Assembly (NCBI GenBank): GCA_009914755.4
Contig: CP068257.2
Coordinates: 22,784,001-22,848,000 of the forward strand
From: the human T2T-CHM13v2.0 reference genome, Homo sapiens
Length of the DNA: 64,000 nucleotides
Direction of reading: 5' to 3'
Both the position numbers and the translations under genes were made by a program. Under the pieces are notes generated by a model, which saw only the letters and a program-made list of their open reading frames with translations, did not search any database and had not been told where the DNA came from. Shown in pieces: positions 16,534-30,279 of the stretch; the stretch's first letter is position 1, and each line of letters opens with the position of its first letter.

Positions 16534-16617
16534 AATACAATGATATTAAGAGGTTGATGCTTGTATACATGTGTAACTAGCCTGCACATTGTGGACATGT
16601 ACCCTAAAACTTAAAGT

Positions 16618-16682
16618 ATAATAATAATAAAATAAATAAATAAATAAATAAATAAAAATAAAATAAATAAAAAATAAAGAGG
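16618..16682. repeat. (AAAT)n/(ATAA)n microsatellite
   Basis: ataataataaaataaataaataaataaataaataaaaataaaataaataaaaaataaa. Confidence 0.9.
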
Positions 16683-19600
16683 TGATGCTTTAAAGAGGTG
16701 ATTAGGTCATGAGGACTTCTTCCCTCATTAGTTGGACTAAGGTCCTTATACAAGAGGCTTCACACACCATTTGGTTCTAGCTGTGCTTCTGCCTCCCACC
16801 ATGTGAGGACACAGCATTTCCCCCTCTGGAGGATTTAGCAACAAGCAACCATCTTGGAAGCAGAGAGCAACCATTTCCTAGACAACCAAACCTGCTAGAG
16901 CCTGGATCCTGAACTTCTCAGCCTTCAAAATTATGAGAAATACTTTTCTGATTATTATTAGCTACCCAGTTTCAAGTATTTTGTTATAGAAGCACAAAAT
17001 GGACCAAGATGATGAATTTCTGAGACTGCTGACACCATCATAGGAGCAACATGTTTATTGTGTAATCTCTTGAGACTTATCTCAAGTTAGAAAGAAGGAG
17101 GAATAGATTCTACTGCCCACAGACAAAGATTCTTTGAACTTTGGATTTTGATGGATCTAAGCACAATATTTAATTGTGAGTACATGTTATTAAACTGAAG
17201 AACAAAAGAAAGTTATATGTATTTATAGATGTTTGTGGAGAAAGATGAAAAAATATTGACAATACTCGACCTGTACAATGCAGAGTTGATGAAATTCAGA
17301 AAGTATGATTGCAGGAAAACAAAGCTAGTTGGCTTCCAACTGGTAAAAGTTCACACTATGAAGAATTAACTCCCTCACACTTCCTGTCTGTATAGCCCTA
17401 TGCCTTCACAAGAACAAGTTCCCACACCAGGGTCAAGAAGGAAACCGTAAGTCAAGACAAAAGTGCCCAGTGAAGGCAGAAGATGAGGGGTCTCAGGTTG
17501 CATCTTCGGAGGCACGAGGATTCAAAGGTGAACAAAGCACACAGTACATCATTTGATGTGGTAAGTTTCATGGACATAGAAGTAAGGGGGATGAAATGTC
17601 GAGGTGTGTGTGGCGGGGGAGGAGGGGAATTCAAATGATATTCTGATCATTAAATAAACTTGAAACAAACTTGGAAAGGTGAAGTAAAACAGCAGCCATT
17701 TTCCTGACACTCAAGGATTGCTTCTGCAGGTGGAGAAAACGACAGCTTCAGATATTCTATGATGTACAGATGCCATTTATCAAATTCTTTGATTTCAAGT
17801 AATAATGGTGTTGGTGCAGCCAGAGTTGCAAAAGAGGACTGTTGATTCCAACACAGTCTCAAAGATGGTTGAATTATGTGCTTCTACTAATGTGTCTGTT
17901 ATTCTGGAGCCCATATTTGGAAACCCAGTCTAAAAAATGCATCTTAATCCCTATCTATGATTTTGAAACCATTTAATTATTTACTTCTCCATATGTCTGA
18001 AGGCAGTACTACACATTGGAAGTTTGAGGAAATAGGATACTTAAATATTTATTTAAGATAATTGAAGAGTAATTAGTCCAGGGAAAGATTATAGGATTCC
18101 CTAGAGGTATAGGGCCTACTGGAGGTGATCAAATTAAAATGAAGTCATTCATAATGATTTTTTTTCACTAGTCCTCTCATGCCTGCATGATGAGAAGATA
18201 TGAACAAGTAAATAATTGGACTTAACCTGTGCTTTTCCTACTTGCATAAAATGAGGATGTTAATGGGAATTGTGGATATGTGAAAGATGAAGATTATGAT
18301 GATAGGCCACAGAATTTAAGTTTAGTAAAATGGAAAGTGAGAGCATTTGGTGGTTAGAGAGTAAAAAGGTAGTAGAAACCATGGTTTGGACAAGGCAATT
18401 AAATAGGAGTGAAGTAGAGCAAATAAAAGGAAACACTATTAAGGCAGAAGGTTGATACTATAGAATTCTGAGATAATAATAAACTATTGTTTGGAAATAA
18501 AATTTGTTTATATTTATACTTGCTTATTTTACCATCTCATTTTTTGGTTAAAGTTACAAGAAGTAGAGTTATGTCCTAGTTTTCTGTAACCAGTGACAAT
18601 AGTAAAAACAAGAATTAATTGACCACATACTATTTTTGAGACTATTTTATGTGATTTTATTGATTAAATAATTGATATTTCAAACAACTCTGTGAAAAAG
18701 GAAATATCACTAAGCCTATTACATAGACAAAAAAGAAGAGCAGAGAAGCAAAGCATCACAGGGCTGGTAAATTGCAGAGCTGAGATTAGAACGAAGTAGT
18801 TTGACTTTAGAGCCTGCGTGCTTACCTGGACTTTTTCACTTTCTTGACCAGAATTTAGATCTGATTTCTAGCTATCTTTCTTTTTTCCCACATAGCCATT
18901 TTATCTGACTGAAAGATTATAGAAATATGTGCACAACTGGACTGAATACTTGATTGTATAGTTAACTCATAGTGATGCCAGCCTCTAAAATGGCTTACAT
19001 GATGAAATGAAGAAGTATCTCTGCTATAAAGGCTTTGGAGTAATGTATTTGTGACCATATTTGTTCATGTTTGTAACAACATCAGACTAAAATGGAGAGT
19101 TCTGATCGGCTGCACAATAACCACTGTGCAAACATTCAGCACAGTCATCAAAATATCAAAAACAGAAAAAAAAAAATCCAGGTAATGTAAGGCTATAATC
19201 ATTTCAGAATATTTATTAAATTTAAATTCATTGTAAATAATTCTGAATCTCATACCTCATTATCACAGACTTAATCTAGATAATAAATATAAAAATTACA
19301 TTAAAAATTCTGTAAACTATAAAAAAATTAAAAAGGATTTGATACAGACTTGAGTTTTGGTTTGTTTATAATCTTGACTGTTGCTATATTGACCCTTAAT
19401 TTCAACAGTCACTGAAAATCATAAGGTAAAATTACTTCCCAGTTTTTTTTTAAGTTTCTTAATTAGAATTTGCTTTCTGAGAACACTCAAAACAGCTTTA
19501 TGTGCCATGCAAAGTAATTAGGGGAATTCTTATTACTCTTGCAACTAGGAGATGGAAGCATCAAAAAATTAATTGAATAATAAATATCACCATAGGGAAA

Positions 19601-20350
19601 CAACATTATTTGAATATCACCATCCTTCTGGCTTGAATCCCAGAATGAAGGAAACTGATGGATTTTCAGAAAGGTAGGAAACAATGTACAGGTTTTGTTT
19701 TCAATAATTTTTTATTCAATTCTGTACATGAAGCAAATATTTTACTTCTAAAATATCGGTCATCGTTTTTCCATTATCTGAAATTCTATAGGAAACTCCA
19801 AGAATGCAAAAGTGGTCATATGTGTGTTTGTGTTTGTGTGTGTTTGTCCATATATTCATTTTCTCAAATGTACTATATAAGAGCCTCATTAATACTGAAG
19901 ACTGCAAAATAAATCATAAAAATATTTCAGCACTGGTTCCAATTCAGGCAGAATAAGTGGAACATACATCTGCTGCATGTTTTATTTTATTATTTAAAAT
20001 ATCCAACAATAAAATGGAAGATGAAATGGTTTGCTCATTTAATTTCCAGATATCACCTCATTTTGAAGAGATAAATGTGGTATCACCTGGAGATTGTTAC
20101 AAAATATTTCAAATGGAAAGGCAAGTGTAAAACCCAGAATAACATTGTGAAGCCAATATTGATCAATAGGTGGAGCATATTACCGGAAACAGGAAATTGT
20201 TACGTTGAATGATTTCTCCATTTAGGTGCTACAGGGGCATGAGAGGCCATTGGAATTCTACCTTATGGGTCTCTTCCCCACTGCTAACTATGTAAACTTG
20301 TGTTCTTGCACCTCTGAGGTGTGATCTGATATCATTTCTACAATCCTCCA

Positions 20351-20729
20351 TGTATTAGTCTGTGTTCACACTGCTTTAAATACCCGGGACTTGGTAATTT
20401 ATAAAGGAAAGAGGTTTAATTAAGTCACCATTTGGCATGACTGAGGAAGCCTCAGGAAACTTACAATTATGGTGGAACAGGAAGCAGACACTTTCTTCAC
20501 AAGTTGGCGAGAAAAAGAATAGCAAAGGAGAAACTTTCAAACACATAAAAACCCATCAGATCTGATGAGAACTCACTCATTTTCACAAGAACCGCATGGG
20601 GGAAGCTGCCCCCATAATCCATTACCACCTCCCTTCCACAACACCTGGGAATTGCAGGTCCCTCCCTTGATACATGGGGATTAAATTCAAGATGAGATTT
20701 GGGTTGGAACACAGAGCCAAACCATATCA
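20351..20729 (-). mobile_element. ERVL-MaLR LTR (MST/THE1-type). It is the 3' LTR of a proviral remnant in minus orientation.
   Basis: tgtattagtctgtgttcacactgctttaaatacccgggacttggtaatttataaaggaaagaggtttaattaagtcac ... gcctcaggaaacttacaattatggtggaacaggaagc ... ggggattaaattcaagatgagatttgggttggaacacagagccaaaccatatca. Confidence 0.75.
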
Positions 20730-21100
20730 TTCTGCCCCTTGCCCCTAGCAAATCTCATGTCTTTTCACATTTCAAAACCAATCATCCCTTCCCAACAGTC
20801 CCCCAGTCTTAACTCATTCCAGCATTAACTCAAAAGTCCACAGTCTGAAGTCTCATCTGAGACAAGGCAAGTGCCTTCCACCTATGAGCCTGTAAAATCA
20901 AAATCAAGTTAATAACTTTTATACCATGGGGATTTAGGCATTGCATAAATGCTCCCATTCCAAATGGGAGAAATAGGCCAAAACAAAGGGGCTACAGACC
21001 CCATGCAAGTCCAAAATCCAGTGGGACAGTCATTAAATCTTAAAGCTCCAAAATGATCTCCTTTGACTCCATATCTCACATCCATGGAACGAGAGTGAGC
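20730..21100 (-). mobile_element. MaLR internal-region fragment (3' end of the internal sequence) lying between the two LTRs
   Basis: The reverse complement ends ...ggacttttgagttaatgctggaatgagttaagactgggggactgttgggaagggatgattggttttgaaatgtgaaaagacatgagatttg. This resembles the last part of THE1/MST-int (ggactttgggagtgcccagg...gggcatgagattcgg), which immediately precedes the 3' LTR. Confidence 0.5.
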
Positions 21101-21432
21101 AATGTATTAAAGAAACAGGTTTAATTGACTCACAGTTCATCATGGCTGGGGAGGCCACAGGAAACTTACAATTATGGTGGAAGGGGAAGCAGGCAACTTC
21201 TTCACAACTGGGCAGGAAAGAGAAGACTGGAGGAGAAACTTCCAAACACTTATAAATTCATTAGATCTCATGATAACTCACTCACTATCATGAGAACACC
21301 ATGGAGAAAACCATCCCCAGGATCCAATCACCTCCCTCCCTTGATACTTGGAGATTACAGGTCTCTCCCTTGACATGTGGGAAATACAATTCCAGATAAA
21401 ACTCGAGTGGGGACACAGAATCAAACCATGTC
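21101..21432 (-). mobile_element. ERVL-MaLR LTR (MST/THE1-type). It is the 5' LTR of the same minus-strand element and is partly deleted at its U3 end.
   Basis: tgtattaaagaaacaggtttaattgactcacagttcatcatggctggggaggccacaggaaacttacaattatggtggaaggggaagcagg ... catgagaacaccatggagaaaaccatccccaggatccaatcacctccc ... gggaaatacaattccagataaaactcgagtggggacacagaatcaaaccatgtca. Confidence 0.75.
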
Positions 21433-24400
21433 ACTCTACCACCACAATTACTCTGTTATTCGCCAACAGGAAATATTTTACTTCTTCAAAAAAGGCACTT
21501 TCACCTGTTTTCTTTATTGCTATGTGATGTTCATTCAATCTCACTTACCCAGTGCAGTTTCCCCAGGCCCAGAGATTTCTGGTTAACACCTATTCTTGGC
21601 ATCTTAGTTGGTTATCAATTTTTTCCAGAATATATTTATTGACCACTACCCCACTCCATTCATTTTGATTAAATGTGTTAAACATAACCCATGAAACCAG
21701 CACTTTCATGTCAATCTATAGTTTTCATAATCTTAGAATTCTTCAGATTTTATTGAACTTAGTTTTGTTCATTTAACCCTCAAACTTGTAAGCTTGGTGG
21801 AATTTTGGTTTGGGGTTCTTTATATCTCTAGTACTTAGCACTAAGCATGGCATAAGTTCTCAAGAAACATTGACATTAATTGGTGATTTGTTAAATTTTC
21901 ATTTTATTCCCAAGGAGGTTCTTACTTCACAGGTTATTCATATAACATTTTGCAAAGTAAAAATGTTAAAAACTAATCATATTTTTAACTGTATGTGCTT
22001 TCCATTTGTATATGTTCCATGTGAGTATTTTAAATTTATAAGCATAACGTATACATTTAAAGCAATATACAAAACCTAGAATAAGTATTTTCTACAAATT
22101 TAAAAAACTATACAAATAAATTAAAAATATAGATTTTAGCAATTCTGATTTCTTCAGGATCTGCAGGACAACAGCCGCTTGTTTGTGATTTAAAAGCACC
22201 AATAAAATTGAATATGAATCACATGAATAAGCAGACCCCCACTCAAGATTCAGGTACTGCAAGGTGTCTGCATTTCGAGACAACACAGGGTTTCAATTAC
22301 AGCAATTACTCAAGATGTTAACAAGGGATACTACTGTAAGATTTTTATGATGGTCAAAGGATAAAATACAGCAGTAGAAAGAAAATACAGACAAACATCT
22401 AAGATGATTGAGACATTGAGGCATATCTTCCAGGGTTAACTGTCAATCACACAGGATGTAATTTGTCTCCAGACCATGAACTGCCAAAAATGTATAATAT
22501 CTTGGCTTGGGGAAGACTCATTCATACTCAAGGTGGTGTTTTTTATATTTTATAACCCTCTGGAAGCATGGCCATATTCAATAGCAGAAATAGGTCAAAA
22601 CAGTCACCAGATGCAAACATGCATTCTGGATATATTCTGTACAGAATGGATTGGAAAGGTTGCATTCCTTCTGGAAGAGGTAGGGAAGAACAATTTCCTT
22701 GACTTTTCCAGGTTCTAGAGGCCACCAGCATGTCTCAGCTTGTGTCTCCACATCCCTCCAAATTCTACTTCTTCTCATTACATCTTTTTTTGACTCTGAT
22801 CCTCTGACTCCATCCTATAAGGACCTTGTGATCACATGCAGGGTAACCTCTCCATCTAAAGATCCTCAACTCATCACATCCACAAAGTTCCATATACAAT
22901 GTAAAGTAATATCAGTATCAGATATTAACAGGTAGAAATCGTTTTGGAGGAGATCCCACAGCCAGTTTTTAATTTGGGCATTGGGTGTTGGCAGAGGAAC
23001 CAAGTGTAAATTATACCCCACCTGTTTAAATTCTCATAGATTGGTGGGATAATAATTATCCTGTACATCGATTTACTGTACTTCTACTAACAAGATGCTT
23101 CACCTGTCTGTTTGAATATCTGTAGGAATATGCCTCATTTTTCATCTTGAATCAGTGTCCATGATCTTTCCCAAATTTGACCTCCTTTAACATGTTGTCC
23201 AACTGTTTGCTGAGTTTGTGTAATCTATTTTTAAATCTATATTATGTGTTCAAATTTCTTGACACTTTTTAAATATCATCCCTTCTAATTAGCCAATAAA
23301 ATCAACGTTTTTTCCCTCAATATGACTGTTTTTTAGGTTCATTTATCCTTTTCTAGGAATCCTATTTTTATGTCAATTATATTTAAGTCTCTTTTTCACA
23401 GCAACATTTAAAGGTATGATCATGATGTCGTGTTTAGTGACCAAGCTTTTCTTAGGATTTCATAAATTTAATCCATTTCCTGCCACTGCAATTTTAGGCA
23501 GAGAAAAAAAAAATAGAAGAAGTGAAAATGTATGTAAATTCCTATGCCATTCCCCATTATCGCTTTCCTATATTCCTTACCTTATCTCAACCATTGATTA
23601 GATGGTGACCTCTTCACTTCTACATACATTTGTTCAATCATGTGACTCATCTCTTCGGTCTTTTCTGAAACCTCAGTTTTACAAACAGGTGTTTCAATTG
23701 TCCTTTTTTTTTTAAATCAGTCCACTATCTTGTGACTTGTAAGGAAAATGATACTTTCATCGTACATGTTTCTTAACCTCAAACAAGTGTTATGGTGCAC
23801 CTGCAGAAAAATGATCTCTTCATCATTTGACAAAGCAGTGGATCCAAACTGAAATAATGTTTCTAGCCAAAGACCCCTAGTATCTTTATGGCATCTTGTT
23901 CAGGTACCAGATATCAGATATGCAAGTCCAAATCCAGAATCAATATAATTTAAGTCAGTATCCCCTAATTATTCAGTTAGAATCCTGGAAGGTGGTTAAA
24001 TGTAACAGATATGTCATTTATGGGTCAGCCTGATCCTCTTGGTAACATGAAACATAACTGTCTTTAGGCTTATATGTCTTTTGACAAAAGGCAAAGTGTT
24101 ATTCAAAGTTAAATTTTTGAAGAAGAAAGTGGAGTATTCTCCTTTTATTCTGCTAATTGTTGCATTGCTCAAATGACTTAATTACCTCTCATTATGTCTA
24201 CCTAAGAGGCCACTTCCAATAAAAGATTGAGGTCATCAGTTTGTTTATTTTATTCCCCTGCTGAAGTAAGAAATGCTTTTTTTTTCCTTCTCTAACTGCA
24301 TGATAATTTTTCATAATAAGCACTCGACACTGTGATTCCTTTTAGTTTCCAGTCATTTAAGGCCCATTTTTTGACCACATAGCCAGTTTATTGGCTACTG

Positions 24401-24599
24401 TCCAAAACTGATATAAATCCATACACTATTATTATTATCACTCCCCAGTTTCTCTGATAGCATGGGCAACACCATTTTCTTCCCAATGAGTGGATTTACC
24501 TTCACCCCTTATGAAGTACGTGCAATTATCCACCAGTTGTAGTACAGCTGCTTCCAGATTGAAGGCCAGCTCTCCACCGTTGAAAAGTAAACCCTGCTG

Positions 24600-24944
24600 T
24601 GTTTTTTTTGTTTTTGTTTTTGTTTTTGTTTTTGTTTTTTTGTTTTTTTGGTTGGTTTGTTTGTTTTTACTGAGATGGAGTCTCAATTTGTCACCCAGGC
24701 TGGAGTGCAGTGGCGCGATCTTGGCTCACTGCAACTTTCGCCTCCTGGGTTCTCCTGCCTCAGCCTCCCTGTAGCTGGGATTACAGGTGGGCGCCATGAT
24801 GCCCAGCTAATTTTTTGTATTTTTTAGTAGAGACGGGGTTTTGCCATGTTGGCCAGCTGGTCTCAAACTCCTGACCTCAGGTGATCTGCCTGCCTCAGCT
24901 TCCCAAAGTGCTGGGGTTACAGGTGTGAGCCACCGTTCCTGGCC
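24600..24944 (-). mobile_element. Alu SINE, full length, minus orientation, with expanded (TTTTG)n tail
   Basis: (ttttg)n about 65 bp, then agatggagtctcaatttgtcacccaggctggagtgcagtggcgcgatcttggctcactgcaac ... cccaaagtgctggggttacaggtgtgagccaccgttcctggcc. Confidence 0.95.
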
Positions 24945-25682
24945 AATCTGCTGCTTGTTTAGCAACCTCCAGTAACTGATCATATATAGGAACTCATTTG
25001 GCAGTGAAGTGAGGGCAACTCCTCAGGAGGAACCAAAATAACAAGACTCAAAGACATGGAAGAAACTCTTCATGTAGGCAATATGTGCCTCCAGGGGTCC
25101 TCCGACACAGGTGCTTGAGCATTTGATGTGGAAACATGTTTGTACATTTCCCTCCCTACTGGAATGTTGTTCTGACATAGTCCATTTCATGATGGGTATA
25201 TGATATCAAATAATAATTTATGCATTCTTATAATGAAGAATTTTAATAATAATAATAATAAAAGCAGTTTTAAATAAAGCCCAGAATAACAGTTGCCTTT
25301 CAAAGAAATGTATTTAGTAGCAGCCTCAAGTCACTTTATAGTAAAATCTTAACAGTTATGGGTGGCAGTTAAGAACTTATTCCAAAATTCCTAGTAATGT
25401 GAGTACAGTGGCTGACATTTCAAATACCGTTGAACCTGTTTGGCATTCTCAGAGGAATTATCTGGGTTATTACTCTTTGAAGCTCCAAGAGAGATGGCTT
25501 TTGCTCAGAGTCCCATGCAAATTAACTTTCATAAAAATAAATTGGTAAACACAAAACAAAGAAAAAAATAGTTTGAATAATAGGTTAGTATGTTCCTCAA
25601 TATAGTATGAAATTTCTCTAGAAACCAAAAATCCTATTAGTCTTGTGCACCTTTTTGGATTTGGAGCTTGCAGAGAATAACT

Positions 25683-25714
25683 TGTATGTGTATGTGTGTG
25701 TGTGTGTGTGTGTA
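25683..25714. repeat. (TG)n microsatellite
   Basis: tgtatgtgtatgtgtgtgtgtgtgtgtgtgtaag. Confidence 0.9.
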
Positions 25715-26439
25715 AGAGCTCTAGTATCTCTGACCCAGGTAATTCCTAATAATTTCACCATTTTGCTGTCCCAGTATTTTAACCAGCTATTTATTAGTTA
25801 ACCCCCAGTTGTCAAACGATGAGTCCAGGGAGAAATGAACATTATATCATAAACATAATGAATTACAATATTTTAAATAAAAATCTAAACCTCAGGTTGT
25901 CGTGATAAGAAATATAATTTTAATATTTCTGGGGGTGAAAATAAACATGTATTGGAATCAACCCCACAGGAATACAAATAATGTTTTATTTTCTCCTGAA
26001 AAGAAAGCATTAATCAAATAGGTTACAGAATAAAATGACCCTTAGCTTGTTGGTTAGTGGTAGGATAACCTATAATCTGTATTTTTAAAAAATAAAATAA
26101 CAATAATACCAAAATACCTTGATCACAACCTCACTTTATACAAAAATTAACTTGCAAATCAATCATAGAAAGAAATATTTTAAAAGTACAAAATATTTGC
26201 AAACCTAGGGGAGGTAAATATTTCTTGGCCAGGACATGAAAGCGCTACATATGAAATAGAGGACAAATGGGTTACATCCAAGTTAAAAATATCTATTCAT
26301 TACAATATTTTTTTTGTAGAAAAAGAAATGGCACCAATACATAAATTAACCAAAAAAAAAACATATTCATAACTAAAAAGCTTTAAATAGAGTACAAAAA
26401 ACACTCCAACAACTCAATAATGAGAAGATATTAAAATTA

Positions 26440-27100
26440 AATAATACACAAAAAGACTGGAACAGGCAATTCACAACAAAAGTTATGTAAATGGAAAACC
26501 AGTGGGTAAAACAATACTCAATATATCATTAGTCATGAAGGGAATGCAAATTAAGAACAACAAGATACTACTATTATTCAGTGCACTAGCATGGCTTAAA
26601 TTTGAAAGAACGACAACACCAAATGTTGCTGAGGACATGAAACAACCGGAATCCATTATACTGAAAAGACCATATAATGGTATATCCATTTTACAGTCTA
26701 TATGACAATTTCTTATCAAGCTAAACACACATTCATTCTTTCACAAAGAAGTTTAACTTACAGTTATTCACCAAAGATAAATGAGAGTATATAAGCACAG
26801 GAAGAATTTATACTAATGTTCATAGAGCTCTGATTTTTAAAAAATCTAATACTGTAAACAGCCCAAGTGATAGTATAGCCATGCAATGGAATATTACTCA
26901 ACAACAACAAAAATAAATGTTGCAAATAGTCATTGCCAATAATGCAACAATATGGAAGAATCTCAGTTTATGTTGAATGAAAGAAGCCAAACAGAAAATA
27001 TTGTACAATTTCACTTATAAGAAGCTCTAGAACAGGCACAATTATGATAGTGAAGATCAGATCAATGTTTGCTTTAGATAGGACATGAAAGAGATTTCCT
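26440..27100 (+). mobile_element. Ancient L1 (L1M-like) 3' region, ORF2 C-terminal part, highly diverged
   Basis: cattagtcatgaagggaatgcaaattaagaacaacaagatac ... aaatgttgctgaggacatgaaacaaccggaatc ... catgcaatggaatattactcaacaacaa ... ttgaatgaaagaagccaaacagaaaatattgtacaatttcacttataag. It is collinear with the old-L1 consensus (tcattagtcattagggaaatgcaaattaaaaccacaatgagatacc ... gtgttggcgaggatgtggagaaa ... acaatggaatattattcagccataaaaa ... tgctaagtgaaataagccagacacaaaaggacaaatattgtatgattccacttatatg). Confidence 0.55.
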
Positions 27101-29864
27101 AAAAGGAAAAACAGGATCTTCCTAAGGTGATGATAATGGTCTGTATCTTTGCTGAAATGGTGAGTACAGAAACAAACATATTTGTCATTGAGCTTGCACT
27201 ACAAATTATTGAGCTGTACACTAACCTATGCATTTTATTGCATGATATATTCTATATAGGATATTTCATAATATATTCTACAAACACCCTAGTGGGACAT
27301 CAACAGGAAGCTGTATACAAATATGCTTCCACCAACTAGAATAATGTAGCATAGTACATGAAATTAATTACAGTCTTAAATTATAAATAGATAATAGAGG
27401 TCATTCAGCACAATCCTATACGAAAATTAGAAGTAATAGCTGCTGCTTGAAAGGTCATAGGGTCATCAACACTTTAATTTAGCATTCACCATTATGGGAA
27501 CTCATTTTATCACAGTGTGATAATAGCTTTCATCATTGCAAAAGTGCTGATATGATCAAGAAACTTCCATGACATCTTTCCTTTAGTCCTGGTTTTGATC
27601 TTTGAACTGTATGATGTGGGATGCATTCCTCCTCATGAGACAATCTTTTAAATGAAAATATGTATTTAACTTATTATGGTTTGCAGTTTCCCACACTGAA
27701 GGATAATTAATTCCACTATACAACACATTAATTTTCAAATGTGTAACCCTTTTGGTTATCCTTCAGTTTGTCAATATCCCTCACTGAAAATTGATCTTAA
27801 AAATAAACAGACTAGGTAAGGTGTGATCTGAGGAGTAGAGCTCTATTGTTTCTGAACACTACACTTCTAATCACAGTGTGTCTGCTGATTTGTAAATTTG
27901 AGTCAATTAAATCCCTGCCTAACCCACTATTGTTACAGTTCATTAGCTTTGACCTAAATATTAGAATTACGCTTATTCTCTTACATTCTATTACATTTTC
28001 AAAACCAATTTTTTCTACATTATGATTCCAATTTCAAATAAGCTAAATTGAGACAAATATATCTAATATGTCTAAATTCAGATATTAAGAAAAAGCATGT
28101 TGAATCAGACAGAACTATTTTATCCAGGAGACTTACATAAGACAATAGTTTGGCAGTTGTCCATAAGAAACTTTCTAAATCTATTTTCACTCAGTAAAAA
28201 TAGCATGCATGATTTATTCTCCTCAAACATTCACTTTTGTTTTTCATAGAACACATTTCAAGCAAATTCTGATTTTAAGCTTTCCGTTGCTGTTACCCCA
28301 TTTTTTAAATTTGCTAGACATTTTTAGCACTCTTAAAGCACTTGTGTAATAATTTGTTATAGCTCTTTACCTTTAGGAAACATTTGATTGAAAACTGGCA
28401 AACAAGTAATTACAAAACTCCGGGATGCAACAAAAAATTACTCCACTATTCTAGGTAGTTTGTCTGTAATAGATGCCCTCTAAATGCAATTTTATTGATT
28501 GCTTCCATTTTGTATTTAAAAATAAATTCTAGTAATAATTATAAAAAATTAAATTTCTGCTTGGTAAATTTAATGAATACATCAGATGTTAAATTACTTT
28601 GCCTATGAGCACATGACCTCTCATAATTAATTAAATGGCTCAAACTCATTCTTTTTATATTAACTCCAGAGAAGCCTGCAGAGGAGTTATTCTATATTTG
28701 GAAAAGGGTTTAAGAGTATTGCTTGTTTTATTACAAAATTGACCTAACATTAGTGTGGTATTAAAAAACTTGATACAAATGAAGTCAGAACTAGAGCATA
28801 CTGACAGATCTTTTGCCTGACTTATTTTCTAGATCATTTGAATTAATTAGGGTAAAACATAAGATTTGGATACATTTATTTATATTTGACTTAATTTTGA
28901 ACTAATAGAAAGACAGTCAATCCTGGAATTTTTATTTATACTCAGGCTGTAAAATGGATTGTCTCATTTTTAGGTTACTAAATGCCCTTGTGTTGTGAAT
29001 ATGTGGAATTATAACCATCAGGAATGTTTCTTACCTCATTCTTCAAGCAGATGACTAGAATTCCAGTTTTACACTAGATCATTATTTTAAATGAAACCCA
29101 CTTGGGCTAACTGTCATGTAATCAGAAGAGTCACACCATGGTGAATTTAATTAAAGACATAATTATATGTTTTCACTTAATCAGAATAGCAACCTTAATC
29201 TTTACCTACAGAAAAGACTCATTTGCCAATTTTACATGACATATTTTATATGGTTAGTGACTTAAAATATTATTTTATCACATACTGTCATAAATAATGT
29301 TTATTGATAAGAGGAATTCAAAAGGCACTAGAGCAATTTAGTGCACATTTTTTTAAAAGCAAGTGTAGACTCTTCCTATGGTAAGTTTACTTAAAAATTA
29401 TGCTACTGTATAATGTTTGGTTGTTGCAAAATATGTCAGTTACTCCAATGCAACAGTCACCTTTTGGAAGACAGTATCTGGTCATAAGTAGCATTTGCTC
29501 ATGAGTTAACAAGTAGAATAAATACGATGCATACATAATTATGAGTTTACCACTAAACCTGATTAAGGTGACAAATTCAACATAAAATATCTCACTACTA
29601 AATCATATAATGTTGTAAACCTGTGTGAAGTATTGTCTGGATCTTTATTATTCTAAATATTCCTGATATTCTGATTAATATAATTGGGAGCCTCTTGCTT
29701 TAATCCCTCAGGTTAGAATGGTTACATTCTCTTTATACACAAATGCTGGCCTCTCCTTAATTTTTTCTTCTATTGTTGACTTCATTTTAGAATAGCCACA
29801 ATTACCAGTAACTGCATTCCTGAATTTTCTGGAATGGCATTTTAACAAAACATTCATGTCTGTG

Positions 29865-30279
29865 TCACAGGAATCTTGGGGTATTGCTTCACCAGCCAGA
29901 AACCTCTGTGGTCAGTGGCACCATTGCTTGAGTTTTGCTCGGCTGTTGGGCTTGTTCTGCCCACTCAGCATGGCACGCTGTGCTCAGCTTGTGCTACTGG
30001 CCTGGATCCCATGCCTGCCAAAGGCAAGCCAAGTGCAAAGTGGCAAGGGGTGTGTACGCAAGCATGGATTCTGATCACTGCACACAGCCAGGCATGCTGG
30101 GTGTGGCAGGGTGGGTAGCATCGGACTCTGGCATGGGCACTGGCTAACTGTGAAGTTGCAGCTGGACCAGGTGTCCCACAAGCAGCTTCCATGACTGGCA
30201 CTGGGAAATGTAGCGAAACTTGGAGAAGCCAGGGACCACAAAGTCCCAAAGAGGGTATAGCCCTGGCTTGGGGAGCCAA
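29865..30279. other. Isolated GC-rich block of about 415 bp and about 57% GC. Its identity is unknown; it may be a degraded old repeat or LTR fragment.
   Basis: There is a sharp compositional shift relative to the flanks, which are about 30% GC. Open frames run on both strands (ORF track 29856-30316, six overlapping ORFs). CpGs are few, so it is not a CpG island. I see no periodicity. Confidence 0.3.
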
